This document shows, piece by piece, positions 59,086 through 64,000 of a stretch of 64,000 nucleotides of DNA. The stretch is from Candidatus Terrybacteria bacterium RIFCSPHIGHO2_01_FULL_48_17 (GTDB lineage Bacteria > Patescibacteriota > Minisyncoccia > Terrybacterales > 2-01-FULL-58-14), in the NCBI GenBank assembly GCA_001822835.1, contig MHSS01000013.1:10321-74320 (forward strand), read 5' to 3'. Positions within the stretch are counted from its first letter, which is position 1. The number at the start of each line of letters is the position of its first letter. Both the position numbers and the translations under genes were made by a program. Below the pieces are notes generated by a model. The model was not told the DNA's origin and ran no database searches. It worked only from the letters and a program-made list of their open reading frames with translations.

Positions 59086-60157
59086 TTTACACACTATGCG
59101 TATCCTTATTCCATTTACGGGGGTCTCCCACACGGAGCTTTTGCTTTCCACAAAGCATCTTGCCATGATGCTTAAAGCTGGCGTTCCTTTATTTGAAGCG
59201 CTGGAGGCGTTGGCTGAGGCATCGCGCGGAAAACTTGCAAAAGTATTTGCAGCGGTTCAAAAAAAGGTGGAACAAGGCGAGCAGCTATCGCGCGCGTTGG
59301 CTGTGTACCCGGATATTTTCCCTTCGTTTTACGTGAAGCTGGTGGCTATTGGAGAGTCGTCCGGGACGCTTTCCCAGAACCTTCAAGAAATTGTGACCTA
59401 CTTGGCACGCGAGCAAGAGCTTCGGTCACGTATACGGGGGGCCATGATGTATCCTGTTTTGGTATTGGTTGTGTTTGTTTTGGTTTTTATGGCGGTTGCG
59501 ATGTTTGTTTTGCCGAATTTGACACGGGTTTTTCGTGTGTTGCATGGCGACATCCCATTTATGACCCAAGTCGTTATTGCGATTGCGGATTTTTTCAAGG
59601 CATATGGGAGCATTGCGGTTCCAGCGTTTGGTTTTGCGATGTTGGCATTCTGGGTGTTGTTAATGCAGCCCTTTATCCATCCCGTAACACATCGGATGTT
59701 CCTTTCTATTCCGCTTATTGGCAATATTGCGCGCCAAGTAAGCATTGCTCGCTTTTCCCGGAATCTTTCGTTGTTGTTATCAGCGGGCATTTCTTTACAC
59801 GAAGCTCTTACTATCGCATCCAATGCTGCGACAAACGTGGTGTATCAAAACGCCATAAAAAAAGTTGCTGTTCCTGTAATGCAGGGAGAAGGATTGGCTG
59901 CAGGTCTTCTGGCACACCCCTCGCTCTTTCCCGGATTTTTCGTGCGCATTGTTTCGGTTGGGGAGCGTTCGGGCAAATTGGACGAGGCCTTAGCGTTTAT
60001 TGCGTCGTTTTACGACCAAGAAGTAGAAGCAACTACCCAAAACTTAACTACGTTGCTTGAGCCGCTTTTATTGGTGGTGGTCGCAATTTTTGTTGGGGGA
60101 TTTGCTCTTGCAGTTATTACTCCCATTTATGAAATCACCGGTCAGCTTCGGCGCTAA
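59078..60157 (+). CDS. pilC: type IV pilus platform protein (PilC/GspF)
   Basis: LA.MLKAGVPL, GESSGTL, YP, GERSGKLD, LLEP. Confidence 0.92.
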   Translation: MPNLHTMRILIPFTGVSHTELLLSTKHLAMMLKAGVPLFEALEALAEASRGKLAKVFAAVQKKVEQGEQLSRALAVYPDIFPSFYVKLVAIGESSGTLSQNLQEIVTYLAREQELRSRIRGAMMYPVLVLVVFVLVFMAVAMFVLPNLTRVFRVLHGDIPFMTQVVIAIADFFKAYGSIAVPAFGFAMLAFWVLLMQPFIHPVTHRMFLSIPLIGNIARQVSIARFSRNLSLLLSAGISLHEALTIASNAATNVVYQNAIKKVAVPVMQGEGLAAGLLAHPSLFPGFFVRIVSVGERSGKLDEALAFIASFYDQEVEATTQNLTTLLEPLLLVVVAIFVGGFALAVITPIYEITGQLRR

Positions 60158-60593
60158 GCAGGGCTTTACGTTCATTGAAGTCCTTCTCGTAAGTTTTATT
60201 CTGGTTATGCTGGTAGGGGTTGCTGCTCCCTTCTTCCGGGATTTTCTTGTAGGCAATGATCTTGAAACAGCAAGCATTGAGATGCTTGCCATGGTGCGGC
60301 GGGCGCGAACGCTTGCCGAAGCCGGAAGGCATAATCAACCTTTTGGCATAGCGGTTAATGCCGGAGGGCGGAGCGTAACGCTTTTTGCGGGATCAAGTTT
60401 CGCCAGCCGCGACCCCCAATTTGATGAGGCGATGACTTTTCCGGGAACCCTTACTGTTTCGGGTCTTTCCGAATTCACTTTTCTTTATCAAAGCGGCTTA
60501 CCCACACAAACGGGAATTATTACCTTTACTGCGCCGGCGCTTGGCGAGAGCCGCGCTATTTTTGTTAATGCACAAGGACTCTCTTCGTTTTAA
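60129..60593 (+). CDS. minor pilin (FimT/GspH-like)
   Basis: QG^FTFIEVLLV prepilin motif. Confidence 0.85.
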   Translation: MKSPVSFGAKQGFTFIEVLLVSFILVMLVGVAAPFFRDFLVGNDLETASIEMLAMVRRARTLAEAGRHNQPFGIAVNAGGRSVTLFAGSSFASRDPQFDEAMTFPGTLTVSGLSEFTFLYQSGLPTQTGIITFTAPALGESRAIFVNAQGLSSF

Positions 60594-62028
60594 AAAGAAT
60601 GGGCAGTCGGTCGTTGAGATTATTCTTGCGGTTGCGGTATTTTCAATTATCGCCAGCGGCGTTGTCGTGCTTGGGGTCGGAACCTTGCAGGGATATTTGC
60701 GCACTCAAGACGAATCCCGCGCGATTGAAATAGTGCAGGAGGGAATGGATGCTGTTCGATCAATCCGTGACCGTAATTGGAGTTCGTTATCCGTGGGTTC
60801 CCACGGATTATCCGATACGGGGGGGCTGTGGGTTTTTTCCGGTGTTTCAGAAATTGTCGGCAAATACACAAGAACCGTCACCGTAAATTCTGTATCGCGC
60901 AATACCCTGTGCGGCGATCCGGGCAGCGGCACCACTCAAGATCCCGACTCTCGGGGCATAGATGTTTCTGTGATATGGCAGGGACTCGACGGTAATCAGC
61001 GGACCATTTCGACAAACGGCGAACTTACAAGATGGCCAAGCCCAAAGTTTGCAACGTGCGGAGGCCGCGGCTGGAGAAATCCTTTTCAAGAAGTAAGTAT
61101 TGATATTTCAGGAACTCAAGACGGTCGAGCCATCCGGATCCAGGGCGACTATGCCTATATGGTACTTAGTGGAGGAGCACCCAATTTTTTTGTTATAGAT
61201 ACCGCAAACACACAAAACCCTTCTATCGTCGGCTCGTTAAACCTTTCTGGAAATCCCAGGAGTATTTGGGTGTCGGGGGATTATGCATACGTTGCCTCAT
61301 CTCATAACAACCAGGAGCTGCAGATTGTGGATATTACTGTTCCTTCTTCGCCAACACAGGTCGGAAGTTTTGATGCCACGGGTGCCACGGATGCCCTCGG
61401 TGTTTTTTCTGTCGGGACTAGTGCATATTTGGTGCGAGCTTCCAGCAATCAAAACGAATTTTTCGTTATTAATGTAAGTATCCCTTCAGCTCCTTCGTTA
61501 GTGGGTTCGCTTGATTTAGGCGCAAACGCGAATGATGTTACGGTTGTTGGCACCTATGCATTTATTGCCTCATCTCATAACAGCCAAGAATTGCAGGTAG
61601 TGAGTATAAGCGCGCCAACAACGCCCACGCTCGCCGGCTCCTTGAATCTTGCAGGGAATGCAGACGGATTAGCAATTGCATATTTTAGTAATAAGATTGT
61701 CTTAGGGCGAGCTTCCGGCGGTGGCCTTGTGGCGATTGATGTTACATTCCCCACAAGCCCCGGCCTTTTGGGATTGTTGGCAAATACCGCAAATATTGAT
61801 GGCGTATCCTTAGACGCGGCCAATAGCTTAGCGTTTTTGGCGACAGACGCAGGTACTAGCGAATTTCAAGTTATTGATATTTCAAACCCCGCAAGTCCTC
61901 AATTATTCGGGTCGCTTGACGCAAACGCCCGTTTATTTGGAGTGGCGTATCACTCAGGAAAAGATAGGGCATTTGCCGCGGGCATCTCCGATACCGAAGA
62001 GTTTATTGTTGCAGCACCCGAGCCATGA
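60568..62028 (+). CDS. pilin-like protein with C-terminal LVIVD-repeat beta-propeller
   Basis: G^QSVVEIILAV; repeats of GDYAYVAS...LQIVDI..PS.P..VGS. Confidence 0.85.
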   Translation: MHKDSLRFKKNGQSVVEIILAVAVFSIIASGVVVLGVGTLQGYLRTQDESRAIEIVQEGMDAVRSIRDRNWSSLSVGSHGLSDTGGLWVFSGVSEIVGKYTRTVTVNSVSRNTLCGDPGSGTTQDPDSRGIDVSVIWQGLDGNQRTISTNGELTRWPSPKFATCGGRGWRNPFQEVSIDISGTQDGRAIRIQGDYAYMVLSGGAPNFFVIDTANTQNPSIVGSLNLSGNPRSIWVSGDYAYVASSHNNQELQIVDITVPSSPTQVGSFDATGATDALGVFSVGTSAYLVRASSNQNEFFVINVSIPSAPSLVGSLDLGANANDVTVVGTYAFIASSHNSQELQVVSISAPTTPTLAGSLNLAGNADGLAIAYFSNKIVLGRASGGGLVAIDVTFPTSPGLLGLLANTANIDGVSLDAANSLAFLATDAGTSEFQVIDISNPASPQLFGSLDANARLFGVAYHSGKDRAFAAGISDTEEFIVAAPEP

Positions 62029-62603
62029 CAACGAAGAAGTTTCTTCCAAACGGCTCCTTGGAGTCAAAGGGCGGCTTCACACTGATTGAGGCATTATTGT
62101 ATATCGCCTTGCTTGCTATGGTAATTACATCCGCCGTGGGGGTCACTTTTATGGTATTGGGGAATAGGGAAAAGGGTATTAGTGTGGCAGAAGCGCAAGA
62201 AAATGCCTCACTAGTGTATGCAAGAATTTCCCAAAACGTGCGAGCATCAGATTTCGTTGTGCGAAGCGGCGGAACTAGAACCTTATTTGATATCAATCCA
62301 GGAAGATTATCGCTTCAAATGCCAAGCGGACAAGTTACCATCGATACATATACAAAGGAAGTTCTGTTGGGAAACCGTACCTTTACCATTCGAAAATTGC
62401 GTTTTGACGACGGCTCCCAAGTTGTTGACCTTACTTCGGATTTGGTTGACGTGACACAGTTTGTTATCCGCGACCGCAGACAAGGTACGGAGCCCGATAC
62501 CATAAAAGTGGAATTTACGGTTCAGTATTTTAATCCCGACCAAATATCGCTTTATGATGCCCAGGTCCTAAGAATCTTTACCGTAAACAGAAGAAAGAAT
62601 TAA
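62025..62603 (+). CDS. minor pilin (PilW-like)
   Basis: GG^FTLIEALLYIAL. Confidence 0.85.
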   Translation: MTTKKFLPNGSLESKGGFTLIEALLYIALLAMVITSAVGVTFMVLGNREKGISVAEAQENASLVYARISQNVRASDFVVRSGGTRTLFDINPGRLSLQMPSGQVTIDTYTKEVLLGNRTFTIRKLRFDDGSQVVDLTSDLVDVTQFVIRDRRQGTEPDTIKVEFTVQYFNPDQISLYDAQVLRIFTVNRRKN

Positions 62604-62604
62604 T

Positions 62605-62985
62605 ATGCAAAAGCAATTACGCGATTCTCACCAAGGAGCTGCGGCCTTAATAAGCGTTTTTATTATGGGCGCGGTGCTGATTTTAGTCGCGGTAACATTA
62701 TCTTTGGTTTCTGTAAGCGCCTTGGATACGACCACAGGATCGCGTGATGGCGCGCGTGCATTTGCTGCTGCAGAGGCCTGTTTGGACGAAGCATTGTTGC
62801 GTTTGATACGCGATGCCACGTTTCCCGGCGTTTCGCTTTCCGGCTGCAGCGTAACGGTTTCTGGAGCGGGGAATACCCGTACCCTTCGTGCAAGTGCTAA
62901 TGTTGCGCAATCGACAAGAACCATTGAGGCGGATTTTGATATCGGTATTCGAAGAATTACCCGATGGATTGAACCGACACTATGA
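62605..62985 (+). CDS. PilX-like minor pilin
   Basis: QG^AAALISV, AFAAAEAC.DEALLRL. Confidence 0.8.
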   Translation: MQKQLRDSHQGAAALISVFIMGAVLILVAVTLSLVSVSALDTTTGSRDGARAFAAAEACLDEALLRLIRDATFPGVSLSGCSVTVSGAGNTRTLRASANVAQSTRTIEADFDIGIRRITRWIEPTL

Positions 62986-63986
62986 AACATATTGCCATTG
63001 GTATAGACATTAACGATTCCGCGCTTAACGTGGTTGTTTTGGCTGAAACACCAGAACAGCCGCTCATACAACTTAAGCGCCATATTGCATTACAAGAAGG
63101 TTTGGTTAAAAACGGGGCGGTGGTAAAAGAACAGGACCTTGCTGCGATCATCAGTAGGGAATTGGAGGCACTTTCCGATGCCAAGCAGGGAACTTCGTAT
63201 ACGATAGTGGGGGTTGCTGATAATGAAGTTTTTCCACATCTGGTGGATGTTCCCGCGCAAGGCAACGTGGTAAAATGGAAACAGGAAGCTTTTCGTAGGG
63301 CATTTTCTGCAGTTCCATTTGGCCCACAGGAGCTTACTGCAGATCTTGAAGATTTAGGTATCGAGAAAAAAGGGAAGCGCGCGTTATTATTTGTGGCAGC
63401 GCGAAAGCAAGTAATTGACGGACTTGACCGAGCGATACGCCATGCCGGGCTTGAGCCGCAGGTGTTTGAAATGGCTTCTGTTGCCCTTGCGCGGGCACTG
63501 GTTCCCGAAGCATTTCAAGATAAGAAAAATACCGTGTTGTTGAATATCGGGTTAGCATTTGCAAATATTGCGCTTTTTTGGGAAGGAAGTTTGCGTTTTG
63601 CCGAAAGCTTGCCTTTGCCAAAAAACGGCGAATTGAGCCAATCAACTCTTGCGATGCTTGCCGAGCATATTGAGCGCGCGATGCAGTTTTCTGGTGTACC
63701 GTTTGCGCAATTGGTTTTTACGGGCGATCTTGCTTTTGAGCCAGCGCTTCGTACGAGCTTGCAGAATAATTTTCCGAGAATTCCCCTTAGGGTGGGAGCT
63801 GATAACAAAGAAGACATGGCTATTGCAACTGCGAGGGGCCTTGCAATGCGTGGGCTTGAGGTCGACCCCACGAAGCGAGGCATGAATTTATTACCCACAA
63901 AACAAGAAGCGTCACCCCCGAGGGTATTGGCACCGATCGTATTTATATACCGCCGCGTGCTTGATATTCTCGGGAAAAACAAGTAA
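62982..63986 (+). CDS. PilM-like pilus assembly protein
   Basis: IGIDI, VPF, AGLEP..FE...ALARA, A.GLAMRG. Confidence 0.8.
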   Translation: MKHIAIGIDINDSALNVVVLAETPEQPLIQLKRHIALQEGLVKNGAVVKEQDLAAIISRELEALSDAKQGTSYTIVGVADNEVFPHLVDVPAQGNVVKWKQEAFRRAFSAVPFGPQELTADLEDLGIEKKGKRALLFVAARKQVIDGLDRAIRHAGLEPQVFEMASVALARALVPEAFQDKKNTVLLNIGLAFANIALFWEGSLRFAESLPLPKNGELSQSTLAMLAEHIERAMQFSGVPFAQLVFTGDLAFEPALRTSLQNNFPRIPLRVGADNKEDMAIATARGLAMRGLEVDPTKRGMNLLPTKQEASPPRVLAPIVFIYRRVLDILGKNK

Positions 63987-64000
63987 CATATTTTTTATGC

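Noticed and set aside
61291-61596. Near-identical repeat TTGCCTCATCTCATAACA in the pilin-like gene as a DGR template/variable pair
   Set aside because: Both copies are in frame within LVIVD protein repeats, the differences are not adenine-specific, and no reverse transcriptase is present

Overview
A 64-kb chromosomal window from a bacterium that looks like Patescibacteria/CPR, probably Parcubacteria. This is an inference from the rpoA-rplQ-rplM-rpsI gene order without truA, the short UvrC, the type IV pilus cluster, core genes lacking Shine-Dalgarno (SD) sites, and 7-nt periodic intergenic repeats; TGA is used as a stop, so the code is 11. Most of the window is housekeeping: ribosomal proteins, murA, mreB, trpS, RNase J, uvrA/uvrC, groES/groEL, dnaG-rpoD, Ni-SOD, and type IV pilus genes. 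The notable parts are non-coding. (1) A ~1.75-kb protein-free, GC-rich, highly structured locus (31527-33302) has two sigma70-type promoters, a ~250-nt RNA closed by a 23-bp stem, and a ~1.4-kb RNA punctuated by four copies of a CCCUCUC(C/U)CUG...CAGAGAGAGGG hairpin module; I cannot assign it to any known family. (2) An intact tRNA-Ser(GGA) is nested inside the anticodon loop of a second, split tRNA-Ser-like gene, which also has a palindromic insertion in its T-loop (40512-40784). (3) tRNA-Asn(GTT) is split inside its anticodon by a 242-nt group I intron. A free-standing HNH endonuclease gene lies 10 nt upstream, and a 17-bp att-like repeat bounds an integrase-less NYN islet downstream. (4) A two-copy structured 3'-UTR element, a structured uvrA leader, and heptamer-repeat palindromes also occur, some of the latter inserted in frame into genes. 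All protein calls come from recognising motifs by eye; no database search was run.
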